A stretch of DNA of 40,033 nucleotides from an uncultured Rickettsiales bacterium (GCA_963991775.1 CAXDRM010000003.1:1-40033), one strand, 5' to 3'. Positions 19,216-29,686 are shown, numbered from the stretch's first letter. Made by a program: numbers and translations. The notes: a model not told the origin generated them from the letters alone.

Positions 19216-20292
19216 ATGACAAAAAAAATTCTTATTTTAGCAGGAGATGGTATTGGACCTGAAGTATGTGATGAAGTAAAAAAAATCATTAATTACCTAA
19301 ATGAAAATAATATAGCTTCTTTTGAAATTGAAGAAGATCTAATTGGTGGTATCGCTTATGATAATTATGGTACTCCACTTAGTGATGATACTATTGCTAA
19401 AGCTAAAAACTCAGATGCAGTATTACTTGGTGCGGTTGGTGGCACTAAATGGGAAAGTCTTGATATCTCAGTTAGACCTGAAAAAGGCTTACTAAGAATT
19501 AGGAAAGAATTAGAATTATTTGCCAATTTGCGCCCTGCTCTAGTCTTTAAAGAATTGGTTACAAGCTCAACTTTAAAACCCGAAATTATCTCTGGCCTTG
19601 ATTTAATGATTATTCGTGAATTAACTGGAGGAATTTATTTTGGTGAACCAAGAGGTGTAAGTGAAGAAAATGGTGAAAGAGTTGGTATTAATACTTTAAA
19701 ATATCATGAATATGAAGTTAAACGCATTGCTAAAATTGCGTTTGATATTGCTAAAAAACGTAATGGTCGATTATGCTCAGTAGATAAAGCGAATGTTTTA
19801 GAATCTACTGAAATGTGGCGTAATATTGTTAGTGAAGTTCAAGCGGCAGAATATTCTGATATAGAATTATCACATATGTATGTAGATAACGCTTCAATGC
19901 AATTAGTTAGAAACCCTAAACAATTTGATGTAATACTCACTACAAATATGTTTGGCGATATTCTTTCTGATACAGCTGCGATGCTTACTGGCTCTTTGGG
20001 TATGCTACCATCTGCTTCACTTGGTGAAAAATATGCGCTTTATGAACCGGTACATGGCTCAGCCCCAGACATCGCTGGGCAAAATATTGCTAACCCTCTT
20101 GCAACTATCCTAAGCTTTGCCATGATGCTTAGCTATAGCTTTAACCAAAAAGAGCTTGCTGAAAAAATTAACCAAGCAATTAAAAATGTTCTTGCAAAAG
20201 GTTATAGATCGGCAGATATTATGAGCGAAGGTTGTACACAAGCGTCAACCCAAGAAATGGGAGACTTAATAATTGCAGAACTTAATAGTTAA
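19216..20292 (+). CDS. leuB: 3-isopropylmalate dehydrogenase
   Basis: [53 protein letters not shown] 19216 (MTKKILIL) is preferred over the track's 19183. Confidence 0.96.
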   Translation: MTKKILILAGDGIGPEVCDEVKKIINYLNENNIASFEIEEDLIGGIAYDNYGTPLSDDTIAKAKNSDAVLLGAVGGTKWESLDISVRPEKGLLRIRKELELFANLRPALVFKELVTSSTLKPEIISGLDLMIIRELTGGIYFGEPRGVSEENGERVGINTLKYHEYEVKRIAKIAFDIAKKRNGRLCSVDKANVLESTEMWRNIVSEVQAAEYSDIELSHMYVDNASMQLVRNPKQFDVILTTNMFGDILSDTAAMLTGSLGMLPSASLGEKYALYEPVHGSAPDIAGQNIANPLATILSFAMMLSYSFNQKELAEKINQAIKNVLAKGYRSADIMSEGCTQASTQEMGDLIIAELNS

Positions 20293-21103
20293 ATTCACAT
20301 TATTATTTATTTTAGTTTTTTCTGTTACAGCACGCGCTGTGGCTAATGACTATGGTGACTTTAAAACCATAACATTTAATAATGAACAAACTTTAGTTGT
20401 TACACCTCTTAATAGCGCTAGAGGTATCGAATTATTACGCACTGCAAATTATCGCAATGATTTTTATAGTCTAATTCACCATTTTGAACCGCAAATTAAT
20501 CCTTTATATTGTGGCATTGCTAGCTCGGTCATTATTTTAAATGCTTTAAATAAAGGTAATAATGAAGTTGCTAGTAGCAAATTATTTTCAACCAAAAAAC
20601 CTCAAGCATTAGGTGGAGGTATTATTCCTTTTAGAAGCTATACTCAAGCTGAGTTTTTTAATGAGAATACTGAAATTATCAAACCAAAAGTAGTCATTGA
20701 TCTACAAGCAAAAGATGAAAATTTAGAACGCTATGATGCTGGTGTTACTCTTACACAACTAACTTCACTGCTTGAAACATATAATTTAAAAGTAAAGAAG
20801 CATCACGCTAATAAAAAGCTTAAAAAAGGTCTTAAAGAATTTAAAAAACATCTTAAAAAAACTGTGAATACAGCTGATATTTATATGCTAGCTAACTTTC
20901 ACGGCAAATCTATCGGAGTCTTAACCAATGGCCATATCTCACCAATTGTGGCATATCATCATAAATTTGAAGAGATACTTATCATGGATGTAGCAAGCCA
21001 CAAACAACCTTGGTATTGGGTACGTATTGAACCTTTTTACGCTGCAATGCAAAGACTTGATGGTTTAGTGCCACGCGGTTATTTAATCGTTAGTGGTTAT
21101 TAA
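20273..21103 (+). CDS. Phytochelatin-synthase-family (papain-like, glutathione-processing) protein with predicted signal peptide
   Basis: Catalytic triad motifs [11 protein letters not shown] (Cys), GHISP (His), MDVA (Asp) and C-terminal PRGY; N-terminal hydrophobic stretch ending AVA; start codon uncertain (TTG). Confidence 0.85.
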   Translation: MQNLIVKFTLLFILVFSVTARAVANDYGDFKTITFNNEQTLVVTPLNSARGIELLRTANYRNDFYSLIHHFEPQINPLYCGIASSVIILNALNKGNNEVASSKLFSTKKPQALGGGIIPFRSYTQAEFFNENTEIIKPKVVIDLQAKDENLERYDAGVTLTQLTSLLETYNLKVKKHHANKKLKKGLKEFKKHLKKTVNTADIYMLANFHGKSIGVLTNGHISPIVAYHHKFEEILIMDVASHKQPWYWVRIEPFYAAMQRLDGLVPRGYLIVSGY

Positions 21104-21834
21104 TCCAACTTAACTGCTAAGCGACAAGTAATTACATCTTTGGTTAAATCATAATCTCCGGAAGTATCTCCTATATTTGTGCCGCAATCGCTGGCATCAT
21201 CACCATTAAACCCCCGAACAATACCAGTTGATGCAACCCCATTATCAAATTTTAAATCAATTTTTTTAGCATCAGCCGGAGTTAAAATACTAGCTATAGC
21301 ACTATCATTTACAGTATCATATTTAGCAAAATGAATAAAATTTTTATAATCTGCAATTGCACCAAAACCATCCCAATAATAAAAAATACCTCCAGCTACT
21401 TTTGCACCTAAAATATTTTGATCAATTAACACATAAGGAGCACTGCTATTTAAAGTACCATCTAAAGATTTATCATAAATTTGCGAGAGACTTAATTGCA
21501 AAAAAGCATTCACTATTTCAGCAGAGGCTGGCTGAGAACCTTCTGTGTTACCACTAATACGATAATTACCATCTATTTCACGATTACCATTACCATCAAT
21601 AATATTACTATCACTCCAATATTCTGAAGCATTTTCAATATCACCAGGCAAACCATAATAAGAAGTGTCAAAAGAATTATAAGCACGCTGTAACTCAGTT
21701 AATTCAACCATTACAGAATTTAATCTAGCATTATCAATTAGTTTTTTGCCAGTAAAAACTGCGGTTAATAATAAGGTTAAAATAGTAACAACTATTGCTA
21801 ATTCGACCAGATTAAAACCTTTATTATTGTGCAT
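21100..21834 (-). CDS. Prepilin-type N-terminal cleavage/methylation protein (type IV pilin/pseudopilin)
   Basis: NKG|FNLVEL with Glu5, hydrophobic helix, LPGD motif, D-x-K-x-D-N-G motif and C-terminal Cys pair; paralogous in pattern to 38219-38920. Confidence 0.88.
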   Translation of the reverse strand: MHNNKGFNLVELAIVVTILTLLLTAVFTGKKLIDNARLNSVMVELTELQRAYNSFDTSYYGLPGDIENASEYWSDSNIIDGNGNREIDGNYRISGNTEGSQPASAEIVNAFLQLSLSQIYDKSLDGTLNSSAPYVLIDQNILGAKVAGGIFYYWDGFGAIADYKNFIHFAKYDTVNDSAIASILTPADAKKIDLKFDNGVASTGIVRGFNGDDASDCGTNIGDTSGDYDLTKDVITCRLAVKLD

Positions 21835-21835
21835 A

Positions 21836-22927
21836 TTATAATTCGATATAATTTTTGATAACTAAACCATAACTCTCAATACCAATTACTGCTTTAGGTG
21901 AATTGGTTAATAGATTCATTTCTTTTACTCCTAAATCTTTTAAAATCTGAGCTCCAACACCATAATCTCTAATAATATTACCTTGCTTGGGCTTATTATC
22001 AGCTTTCTTATCAGAAATAATTTGTGAAATTAAATGCTTTTGCGGGCTTCTTAGTAAAACAATTACCCCAGAATTTTTGGCGATAAATTCTAAAGCTTTA
22101 GTAAATAAACCTGCTCTATTATTATCTTGATCCCCCAAAAGATCCGATAAAATATCTTGAGCATGCATACGCACATTTACAGCTTTGCTAAAATCTAAAC
22201 CTTCAGTAGCAATTGCCACATGCTCTGCATATTCAACATTACTCTTATAAATATGCAGATCAAAATCGCCATGCTGATTATGTAATTTATCACTTAATAT
22301 CTTAGTAACCAGATTCTCCCTTTTTCTACGATAAGCAATTAAATCTGCAATAGTTGCGATTTTAAGATCATGCTCAGCAGCAAATTTATAAAGATCAGGC
22401 AAACGAGCCATAGTACCATCTTCATTCATAATCTCACAAATCACACCAGCAGGATTTAGACCAGCTAAAACAGAAATATCAACAGATGCTTCCGTATGAC
22501 CTGCTCTGGTCAATACTCCACCATTTCTAGCTAGTAACGGAAAAATGTGACCTGGCGAAGCTATATCAGCAGCTCCTTTAACTGGATCAATTGCATCTGC
22601 AATTGTCTTAGCTCGATCAAAAGCTGATATACCAGTTGTAACACCCTCTTTAGCTTCAATTGAAACAGTAAATGCTGTACCATGACGAGAACTATTATAT
22701 GGTGACATTAAAGGTAAATTTAATTCTTTTACTCTAGCCTCATTCAAAGCTAAGCAAATTAAACCTCTACCATATTTTGCCATAAAATTAATATGTTCTG
22801 CATCTGCAAACTGGGCAGGAATTATTAAATCTCCTTCATTCTCACGATCTTCATCATCAATGATAATAAACATTTTACCTTGTTTAGCATCTTGGATGAT
22901 TTCTTCTATTGTTGCTAATTTATTCAT
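21836..22927 (-). CDS. ribB: 3,4-dihydroxy-2-butanone-4-phosphate synthase fused to a degenerate GTP cyclohydrolase II-like domain (RibBX-type)
   Basis: [32 protein letters not shown]; the C-terminal domain has [14 protein letters not shown] and [10 protein letters not shown] but no zinc-binding cysteines. Confidence 0.92.
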   Translation of the reverse strand: MNKLATIEEIIQDAKQGKMFIIIDDEDRENEGDLIIPAQFADAEHINFMAKYGRGLICLALNEARVKELNLPLMSPYNSSRHGTAFTVSIEAKEGVTTGISAFDRAKTIADAIDPVKGAADIASPGHIFPLLARNGGVLTRAGHTEASVDISVLAGLNPAGVICEIMNEDGTMARLPDLYKFAAEHDLKIATIADLIAYRRKRENLVTKILSDKLHNQHGDFDLHIYKSNVEYAEHVAIATEGLDFSKAVNVRMHAQDILSDLLGDQDNNRAGLFTKALEFIAKNSGVIVLLRSPQKHLISQIISDKKADNKPKQGNIIRDYGVGAQILKDLGVKEMNLLTNSPKAVIGIESYGLVIKNYIEL

Positions 22928-23511
22928 TTTTGTACAAATTTTTCTATATATTTAGCCACCAAATCAAGCTCTATATTAACTTTAGACTCAATATTTAACT
23001 TACTGATATTAGTGATATTATAGGTATGTGGTATAACATAAATAGCAAAATTATCTTCTGCAACATAATTAACCGTAAAAGAAATACCATTAATAGTCAC
23101 ACTACCTTTATCAATCAGATATTTATTTTTGCTTTTATCTAAACTAAATGTGAGCTCATAAGATTCACCAACCTGCTCTTTACTAACTAATTTACTAACA
23201 AAATCAACATGGCCAGAGACTAAATGACCATCTAATCTTTCACCTAATTGCATTGCAAGCTCTAAATTAACTTGGCTACCTAATTGCCACTCATCAATAT
23301 TTGTTTTGCTTAATGATTCATATGAGACAAAAAAGCGCATTTGGTCTGCTGATACTAGCTCGGTTACAGTCATACAAGCACCATCACAAGCAATAGATTG
23401 GCCAATATGCAACTCTTCTTTAATGTCATGTTTAAGGATAATCTCTTTACCTTTATCAACTATATTAATAGCTGTAACATTTCCTTTATTTGTAATGATT
23501 CCTGTAAACAA
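22924..23511 (-). CDS. ribE: Riboflavin synthase (alpha chain)
   Basis: MFTGII N-terminus (TTG start abutting the mnmE TAA), GACMTV, GHLVSGHVD, IPHT. Confidence 0.95.
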   Translation of the reverse strand: MFTGIITNKGNVTAINIVDKGKEIILKHDIKEELHIGQSIACDGACMTVTELVSADQMRFFVSYESLSKTNIDEWQLGSQVNLELAMQLGERLDGHLVSGHVDFVSKLVSKEQVGESYELTFSLDKSKNKYLIDKGSVTINGISFTVNYVAEDNFAIYVIPHTYNITNISKLNIESKVNIELDLVAKYIEKFVQK

Positions 23512-24831
23512 TTACTTACCTATGCAAAATTCTCTGAATATTTTATCAAGAACTTCTTCAATATCAACTATTCCAAGCAATTGTCCAAGTAAATTGCTAA
23601 TATTTCTTAGCTGCTCCGCTACTATCTCTAACTCATTATTTAAATTTATGACGTTAAGAACATCTACTACCTGCTCTATCACCGCCCTTTGCCTACCACT
23701 AGTTAAAATAATATCTTCTGTTATTTGATATTTTTCGATGATTTTTTGCTCAAGCAATTTTAATAAATTATCTAGCTGCTGTTCTGCTTTTAAAGATATT
23801 GCTAAATCATATTTAATTTGTGGCTGCTCATTTTGCGCTAGATCATTTTTATTAATTACTAGTAAACTATCTTGATCAAGAAAATCCTGATAATCTGCAG
23901 CACTTTCCAAATTATCTATAGCTAATAATAGAATTTTCAAATCCGCTGTTTTAACTAGCTGCTCAGCTTTCTCTATACCGATTTTTTCAACTTGATCTTC
24001 TGTGCTTCTGATACCTGCAGTATCTGAAATAATCACCGGATAACCAGCTATGTCTAATTTTACTGAAATTATATCTCTAGTGGTACCTGCATACTCTGAA
24101 ACTATCGCTATATCTTTACCAGCTAAATAATTGATTAATGATGATTTACCTGAGTTTGGCGGACCAAATATTGCTAATTGCAAGCCTTGTTGCAAAAGCT
24201 CACCCGCCTTATTATCCTCAAGCTTTTTGCGTAAGGAAATTAGCATATTATCTAAAAGATTTTTTAGCTCGGCAAAGTCATTATCTGGGATAACCTCTTC
24301 CGGAAAATCCAAATAAGCTTCTAATAATGCCCTGCTCTTAACTAGATCATCTCTAAGTTTTTTATAAAAATCACTAAACTCGCCGGAAAGCTGCTTTAAA
24401 GCAAGATTAGCTTGCTTATCAGTTTCTGCTTTAATTAAATCATTAATTGCTTCTGCCTGTAACAAATCTAACTTATTATTATGTACCGCTCTTTTAGTAA
24501 ACTCACCGGGCTGAGCATAATTAAAATCTGAGTGCTCTGCTAAAATCTTAATAATTTTTTTATAGATACTACTACTACCATGAATAGCTAACTCGATGAC
24601 ATCTTCTCCTGTGTAGCTTTGCGGAGCTTTAAAAAATGTTAATAAAGCCTGGTCTATTAACTGGCCTTGATAGCGCAGCTCAACTAAATGCGCATAACGC
24701 GGCTTAGGCTGTAATTTAACTGCAAATAACTCTAGAATTGTTAAGGCTTTAGGGCCAGATATCCTAAAAATTATTGTAGCAGAATTTAAATTAGCAGTTA
24801 TTGGTGCAAAAATTGTCGAATTATCAGTCAA
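23512..24831 (-). CDS. mnmE: tRNA modification GTPase MnmE/TrmE
   Basis: [36 protein letters not shown]-terminal FCIGK. Confidence 0.97.
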   Translation of the reverse strand: MTDNSTIFAPITANLNSATIIFRISGPKALTILELFAVKLQPKPRYAHLVELRYQGQLIDQALLTFFKAPQSYTGEDVIELAIHGSSSIYKKIIKILAEHSDFNYAQPGEFTKRAVHNNKLDLLQAEAINDLIKAETDKQANLALKQLSGEFSDFYKKLRDDLVKSRALLEAYLDFPEEVIPDNDFAELKNLLDNMLISLRKKLEDNKAGELLQQGLQLAIFGPPNSGKSSLINYLAGKDIAIVSEYAGTTRDIISVKLDIAGYPVIISDTAGIRSTEDQVEKIGIEKAEQLVKTADLKILLLAIDNLESAADYQDFLDQDSLLVINKNDLAQNEQPQIKYDLAISLKAEQQLDNLLKLLEQKIIEKYQITEDIILTSGRQRAVIEQVVDVLNVINLNNELEIVAEQLRNISNLLGQLLGIVDIEEVLDKIFREFCIGK

Positions 24832-24920
24832 TTGCTTGTTCTTACCTAAAATTAAAGATCTTGAAATTATATGAGAAATTAATTAAATACTCAACTGAGG
24901 CTCAATCAAATAAGTTAATT

Positions 24921-25853
24921 ATGAAAATTTTATCTTGTAATGCTAATTTACCTTTAGCACAAAAAATCGCTGAACAGCTTAATGCTGATCTTGTTAAAGC
25001 AGAAGTAAAAAGATTCTCTGATCAAGAGATCTTCATCGAGATTTTAGAGAATGTACGCGGCGAAGATGTCTTTGTGATTCAGCCATCATCATGCCCTGCC
25101 AATGAAAATATCATGGAGCTCTTAATTTGCATTGATGCTTTAAGACGTGCTTCAGCTAAAAGAATTACTGCTGTAATACCTTATTATGGCTATGCTAGAC
25201 AAGATAGAAAGCCTGGACCTCGTACTCCAATTACAGCTAAATTAGTAGCAAATTTAATCACTACTGCTGGCGTTGATCGTGTTTTGACTATTGATTTACA
25301 TGCTGGACAAATACAAGGCTTCTTTGATATCCCATTAGATAATCTTTATGCATCTCCCATATTTACTGAAGATATGCAAAAAAAATATAGCAGTGAAGAT
25401 ACTATTATTGTTTCTCCAGATGTTGGTGGTGTAGCAAGAGCTCGTGCTGTTGCTAAAAAGCTGAATCTTGATTTAGCAATAATTGACAAAAGAAGAGAAA
25501 GAGCCGGAGTCTCTGAAGTAATGAATGTTATTGGAAATGTTGAAGGAAAAAACTGTATTTTTATTGATGATTTAGTTGATACAGCTGGCACTTTATGTAA
25601 TGCAGCAATTGCTGTAAAAGAACAAGGTGCTATTAGTGCTTCAGCCTATATTACTCATGCCGTGCTTTCTGGTAAAGCAGTTGAGAGAATCTCAGGCTCA
25701 GAATTAGACGAGTTAGTTATTACTGATACTATTGATAATAGTAAAAAAATTGCCAATTTAGCTAATGTCAGAGTTATTTCAGCAGCTAAGCTTCTAGCAG
25801 AAGCAATAGATAGAATCTCACATGAAAAATCTGTTTCGATTCTTTTCGATTAA
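24921..25853 (+). CDS. prs: Ribose-phosphate pyrophosphokinase
   Basis: [48 protein letters not shown] 24921 (MKILSCNAN) is preferred; the track's 24801 start overlaps mnmE. Confidence 0.96.
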   Translation: MKILSCNANLPLAQKIAEQLNADLVKAEVKRFSDQEIFIEILENVRGEDVFVIQPSSCPANENIMELLICIDALRRASAKRITAVIPYYGYARQDRKPGPRTPITAKLVANLITTAGVDRVLTIDLHAGQIQGFFDIPLDNLYASPIFTEDMQKKYSSEDTIIVSPDVGGVARARAVAKKLNLDLAIIDKRRERAGVSEVMNVIGNVEGKNCIFIDDLVDTAGTLCNAAIAVKEQGAISASAYITHAVLSGKAVERISGSELDELVITDTIDNSKKIANLANVRVISAAKLLAEAIDRISHEKSVSILFD

Positions 25854-25869
25854 ATTGCCATTAATTTGC

Positions 25870-25898
25870 TTGCAAATTCTAGCTTTTATTGTTAAAAA
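25870..25898 (+). promoter_or_regulatory. Candidate sigma70 promoter for rplY
   Basis: TTGCAA-N17-TAAAAA with TG one base upstream of the -10 box, 32 nt before the rplY ATG. Confidence 0.35.
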
Positions 25899-25930
25899 GC
25901 ATTCCTCATTAAATATTACTTACATAAACA

Positions 25931-26593
25931 ATGTCTAAAGAATACGCTATTGCTGCTACTTTAAGAGAAAACAAAGGTAAATCTGCAAATAAAAAATTAA
26001 GAGATCAAGGCTTAATTCCTGCAGTAATATATGGTAACAAAAAAGATAATCATTCTATCGCAATAGATAGTAACGAAATTACTAAAAGAATTAAACAAGG
26101 TAGATTTTATACTCAACTTTGTGAGATCACTATTGGTAATAAAAAATTAAGAGCTATTCCTAAAGTGCTTAGCTTTCATCCGGTAACTGACAAAATAGAA
26201 CATATTGACTTTTACGAAGTATCTGAAAAAGAAAAAGTAAAAATCCAAGTATATATAAAATTACTTAATGAAGTTCTTTGTGCTGGTGTTAAAAAAGGTG
26301 GTGTAATCAATGTTGCTGCTCGTAGAGTAGAATTACTGTGCTACCCTAAAGATATTTTCAGTGAAATCGAATTAGATTTAATTGACCTACAAATTGGTGA
26401 ATCACTGCATTTTAGTGATTTAAAATTACCTGAAGGTGTAGAGCTAGCTATTAAATCTTACAACCCTACAGTTGCTACTATCGTTGGACGTGCTGCTGAA
26501 GAAGAAACGCCTACTGGACTAGAAGCTGGTGAAGAAGGTGCTGATGCAGCTGAAGCAGATGCCTCTTCAGACAGCGAAGATTCTAAAGAATAA
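25931..26593 (+). CDS. rplY: 50S ribosomal protein L25/general stress protein Ctc (long form)
   Basis: LIPAVIYG, HPVTDKIEHIDF, GVKKGG, acidic tail; prs-rplY-pth order. Confidence 0.96.
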   Translation: MSKEYAIAATLRENKGKSANKKLRDQGLIPAVIYGNKKDNHSIAIDSNEITKRIKQGRFYTQLCEITIGNKKLRAIPKVLSFHPVTDKIEHIDFYEVSEKEKVKIQVYIKLLNEVLCAGVKKGGVINVAARRVELLCYPKDIFSEIELDLIDLQIGESLHFSDLKLPEGVELAIKSYNPTVATIVGRAAEEETPTGLEAGEEGADAAEADASSDSEDSKE

Positions 26594-26594
26594 A

Positions 26595-26726
26595 TTTCAA
26601 TATTATAAAAATCTACAGCCTAGCTCTAATTCGCTTGTGCTTTATTAACGACAGAATAGTCGTCAATGAATGCTGCTGATATGCGAATGTACAGCTACAC
26701 TCTAGATTTTTAAATTATATTTGAAA
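26595..26726. repeat. Long imperfect hairpin (132 bp) between rplY and pth
   Basis: Nested complementary blocks TTTCAATAT/ATATTTGAAA, TAAAAATCTA/TAGATTTTTA, TAGCT/AGCTA, ATTCGC/GCGAAT, TTATTAACGAC/GTCGTCAATGA. Confidence 0.8.
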
Positions 26727-26771
26727 AACATTTCTCATAAGATTACAACATAGTAAAAATATTAGATAGAA

Positions 26772-27320
26772 ATGCTACTTATCTGTGGTCTGGGTAATCC
26801 AGGAAAAGAATATCAACAAACCAGGCATAATATTGGTTTTCTATTTATTGACTACCTCCTTGAAGAATTGTCTATAGATTCAGCCGAACTAAAAAACAAA
26901 TTTCAGGCTGATTTTATTAAGACAGAATATTTAGAACATGAAGTTATTATTGCTAAACCGCAAACCTATATGAATAATTCAGGCATTGCAGTTGCAGAGC
27001 TTTGTAAATTTTTTAAAATAAAACCTGAAGAAACCATCATCATCCATGATGAACTAGACCTGCCTTTTAATAGCATAAAAACCAAATTAGGTGGTGGCCA
27101 TGCTGGCCATAATGGCTTAAAAGATATTGATAAAAGAATAGGGAAAAAATACCACCGTATTAGAGTAGGAATTGATCATCCGCGCAATATTGCAGGAGAT
27201 TTCCGTGAAGTAGCTGATTATGTATTATGTAAATTCTCTGAAGAGCAACAAAAGCAGCTTGAAGCTCTTAACAATAAAACAATCAATGAGTTAGATCAGA
27301 TTATTAAAGCTAACTTTTAA
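26772..27320 (+). CDS. pth: Peptidyl-tRNA hydrolase
   Basis: GLGNPG, TRHNIG, KPQTYMNNSG, HDELD, GHNGL. Confidence 0.97.
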   Translation: MLLICGLGNPGKEYQQTRHNIGFLFIDYLLEELSIDSAELKNKFQADFIKTEYLEHEVIIAKPQTYMNNSGIAVAELCKFFKIKPEETIIIHDELDLPFNSIKTKLGGGHAGHNGLKDIDKRIGKKYHRIRVGIDHPRNIAGDFREVADYVLCKFSEEQQKQLEALNNKTINELDQIIKANF

Positions 27321-27879
27321 TACCCTGCCATCTTTTAAAACTATCCAATTCAATATCAAAATAGCTAATCATTCTTGCAACTGAATCAGCAATCAATTCT
27401 TCTAGAGATTTTGGCTTATTATAAAAAGCTGGAACTGGTGGAAAAATATAGACACCAAGAGCTGCTAATTTTTGCATATTTTCAAGATGTATAGCATGTA
27501 GAGGAGCCTCTCTAACTGCTAATAATAATTTTTTACGCTCTTTAAGCATCACATCCGCTGTTCTAGTTATTAAATTATCACCATTACCAGTGGCAATATT
27601 AGACATGGTTTTTACCGAACATGGCAAAATCAACATGCCATCTATCTTAAATGAACCGCTAGCTAAACAAGCAGAGATATCTTTAACTGGATAAGTTACA
27701 TCGGCTAAAGCCTCTAACTCTTTAGCAGCAATATCTAGTTCTTGCTTAATAGTAATATGTGCAGAGTGCGAGATAATTAAATGAGTTTTTACCGAATCTA
27801 ACTGATGCAAAAACTCTAAGGCTTGCTTAGCATAGATTGCCCCACTCGCACCTGATATTGCAATAACTAGATTTTTCAT
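27310..27879 (-). CDS. ubiX: Flavin prenyltransferase
   Basis: ISGASG, ASGS, PCS, RTADVMLKERK, REAP, PPVPAFY, RWQG. Confidence 0.95.
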   Translation of the reverse strand: MKNLVIAISGASGAIYAKQALEFLHQLDSVKTHLIISHSAHITIKQELDIAAKELEALADVTYPVKDISACLASGSFKIDGMLILPCSVKTMSNIATGNGDNLITRTADVMLKERKKLLLAVREAPLHAIHLENMQKLAALGVYIFPPVPAFYNKPKSLEELIADSVARMISYFDIELDSFKRWQGIKS

Positions 27880-28178
27880 TAAGCAGCTGCAGTTTGTGAT
27901 TCGCTAGCTTCAGCCTCCTCTTCTTCACTATCCATGCCTAAAGCTGTTTTGTATATTTCTAACATACTTTCTTTCTCATATAATTCGCTTGAATCATATT
28001 TACGTAATTTAATTACTTCACGCATGATTTTAGTGTCAAAACCAAAAGCTTTAGCTTCACTGAAGATTTCTCTAATATCATCAGCTAAGGCTTTTTTATC
28101 TTCTTCTAGCTTCTCAATTCTCTCAACATAGCTTTTTAAGTGTGAACCATCTACACCATTAACAGTTTTTGTAGTCAT
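27879..28178 (-). CDS. gapR: GapR/DUF2312 nucleoid-associated protein
   Basis: LKSYVERIEKLEEDKKALADDIREIFSEAKAFGFDTKIMREVIKLRK, characteristic of the alphaproteobacterial family. Confidence 0.92.
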   Translation of the reverse strand: MTTKTVNGVDGSHLKSYVERIEKLEEDKKALADDIREIFSEAKAFGFDTKIMREVIKLRKYDSSELYEKESMLEIYKTALGMDSEEEEAEASESQTAAA

Positions 28179-28241
28179 TTGTCATTTTATAATTTAGATT
28201 TAAAAACTCCAAAATTATAAATAATTAGCTAGCTAAAATCT

Positions 28242-29408
28242 ATGAAGAAATTAAAAATCTTTATTATCAGCGGAGAAGCTTCTGGCGATCTTTTAGGAGC
28301 AGAAATCATTAAAGCTCTGGCAGCACAAAAAAGCCATGAGATTGAGCTTATTGGCGTTGGTGGCGAGCAGCTAACTAATTTAGGTATTAAAAATATTTTC
28401 CCGCAAGATGAGCTTGCCATAATGGGTTTTGCAGAAGTTCTGCCTAGAATCCCACAAATCTTAAAACGCATCAAGCAAACTGTTCAGGCAATTAAAAAAT
28501 ATCAACCAGATATAATTTTAACCATTGATGCACCAGATTTTAATTTTAGAGTTATTAAAAAACTACGCAAATCAGGCTATAACAGTTCTAAGATAGTTCA
28601 TTTAGTAGCACCAACAGTTTGGGCATATCGTGAATATCGTGCTGAAAAAATTGCAAAGCTTTACGATTTATTATTTTGCTTATTACCTTTTGAACCACCC
28701 TATTTTGAAAAATATGGCTTAAAGAGTATTTTTATCGGTCACCCTTTACTTTATAAAGAAATACCAGCACCAGCTCTTGCTCCTGAGCAAAAATATCAAA
28801 TTAACAAAAAAGATAAAATCATCCTAGTTACCGCAGGCAGCAGATCGAACGAAATATCAGCATTATCAGATAGTTATATAAAAGCCTTAAAGCAATTAAC
28901 TAACAAATATAATGATTTAATTTTAGTATTCCCTACACATGCAAAACACAGAACTAAGCTTAGTAATTTAACAGAAGATCTAGATTGCAGGATTATTATT
29001 ACTGATGATGAAGCTGAGAAATATTATTTCATGAAACATGCTTATTGCGCACTGGCTAAATCAGGAACAAATAATTTAGAAATTGCTGCAGCTGGTACTG
29101 CCTTAATTTGCTGTTATAAAATGAGTAAACTCACCTATCAGATCTTAAAACGCATCATTAAAATTAAATATGCAAATTTAATTAATATTTTAGCAGGTAA
29201 AGAAATCATTCCAGAATTAATACAGGATGGTTGCACCAGAGAGAATATCTTCAAACAGTTAGATAAATATTTAAGCGATAAAAAATATTGCGAAAATCAA
29301 GTAGCAGCACAAAATAAATATTTAGAAAAATTTAAAAGCACTAGCTCTACTCCAGCCAAGCTTGCAGCTGATGCTTTACTAGAAGATATGCCAATTAATA
29401 TCAAGTAG
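28242..29408 (+). CDS. lpxB: Lipid-A-disaccharide synthase
   Basis: GEASGDLLG, IDAPDFN, VAPTVWA, LPFE, GHPL, GSR, KSGT, PELIQ. Confidence 0.95.
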   Translation: MKKLKIFIISGEASGDLLGAEIIKALAAQKSHEIELIGVGGEQLTNLGIKNIFPQDELAIMGFAEVLPRIPQILKRIKQTVQAIKKYQPDIILTIDAPDFNFRVIKKLRKSGYNSSKIVHLVAPTVWAYREYRAEKIAKLYDLLFCLLPFEPPYFEKYGLKSIFIGHPLLYKEIPAPALAPEQKYQINKKDKIILVTAGSRSNEISALSDSYIKALKQLTNKYNDLILVFPTHAKHRTKLSNLTEDLDCRIIITDDEAEKYYFMKHAYCALAKSGTNNLEIAAAGTALICCYKMSKLTYQILKRIIKIKYANLINILAGKEIIPELIQDGCTRENIFKQLDKYLSDKKYCENQVAAQNKYLEKFKSTSSTPAKLAADALLEDMPINIK

Positions 29409-29422
29409 CTTTTAAGACTCCT

Positions 29423-29520
29423 CCGGTTCTCGAGTGGCTGAGTGATAACGAAGCTGTACCGAGAGATCCCTTAGTTATGCATCTTAATTACTCAGACTCA
29501 AGCCGGCCTTTCGGTACAAC
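29423..29520. repeat. Bipartite REP-like pair: full reverse copy (29425-29469) plus partial forward copy (29496-29520)
   Basis: CCGGTTCTCGAGTG-GCTGAGTGATAACGAAGC-TGTACCGAGAGATCC ... ACTCAAGCCGGCCTTTCGGTACA. Confidence 0.85.
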
Positions 29521-29550
29521 CTCGCTTTGCTGTTTTTTTGACTGATACTC

Positions 29551-29686
29551 AGTTCAGTTTTTACTAATAACTTTATTGGAGCATAGCTCCAAGTCGTTCT
29601 TAGAAAACTGCTCGCTTCACTTGTAAAAAAGCTAATATGCTTTTTTACTGCATTCGCCTCAAGAACATAAAGCATAAAAACTAACT
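29551..29686. repeat. Multi-hairpin palindromic element; may also act as a bidirectional terminator between convergent lpxB and dedA
   Basis: Outer arms AGTTCAGTTTTTA...CTTTAT / ATAAAG...TAAAAACTAACT; inner hairpins TTGGAGC-ATA-GCTCCAA, GTTCTT/AAGAAC and GTAAAAAAGC-TAATAT-GCTTTTTTAC. Confidence 0.65.

Noticed and set aside
24801-24920. 40-aa N-terminal extension of Prs, and the 11-aa extension of LeuB at 19183
   Set aside because: Artefacts of longest-ORF calling; family-typical starts lie at 24921 and 19216.
29484-29675. 63-aa ORF in the lpxB-dedA gap
   Set aside because: It runs entirely through palindromic repeats and has no recognisable protein features.
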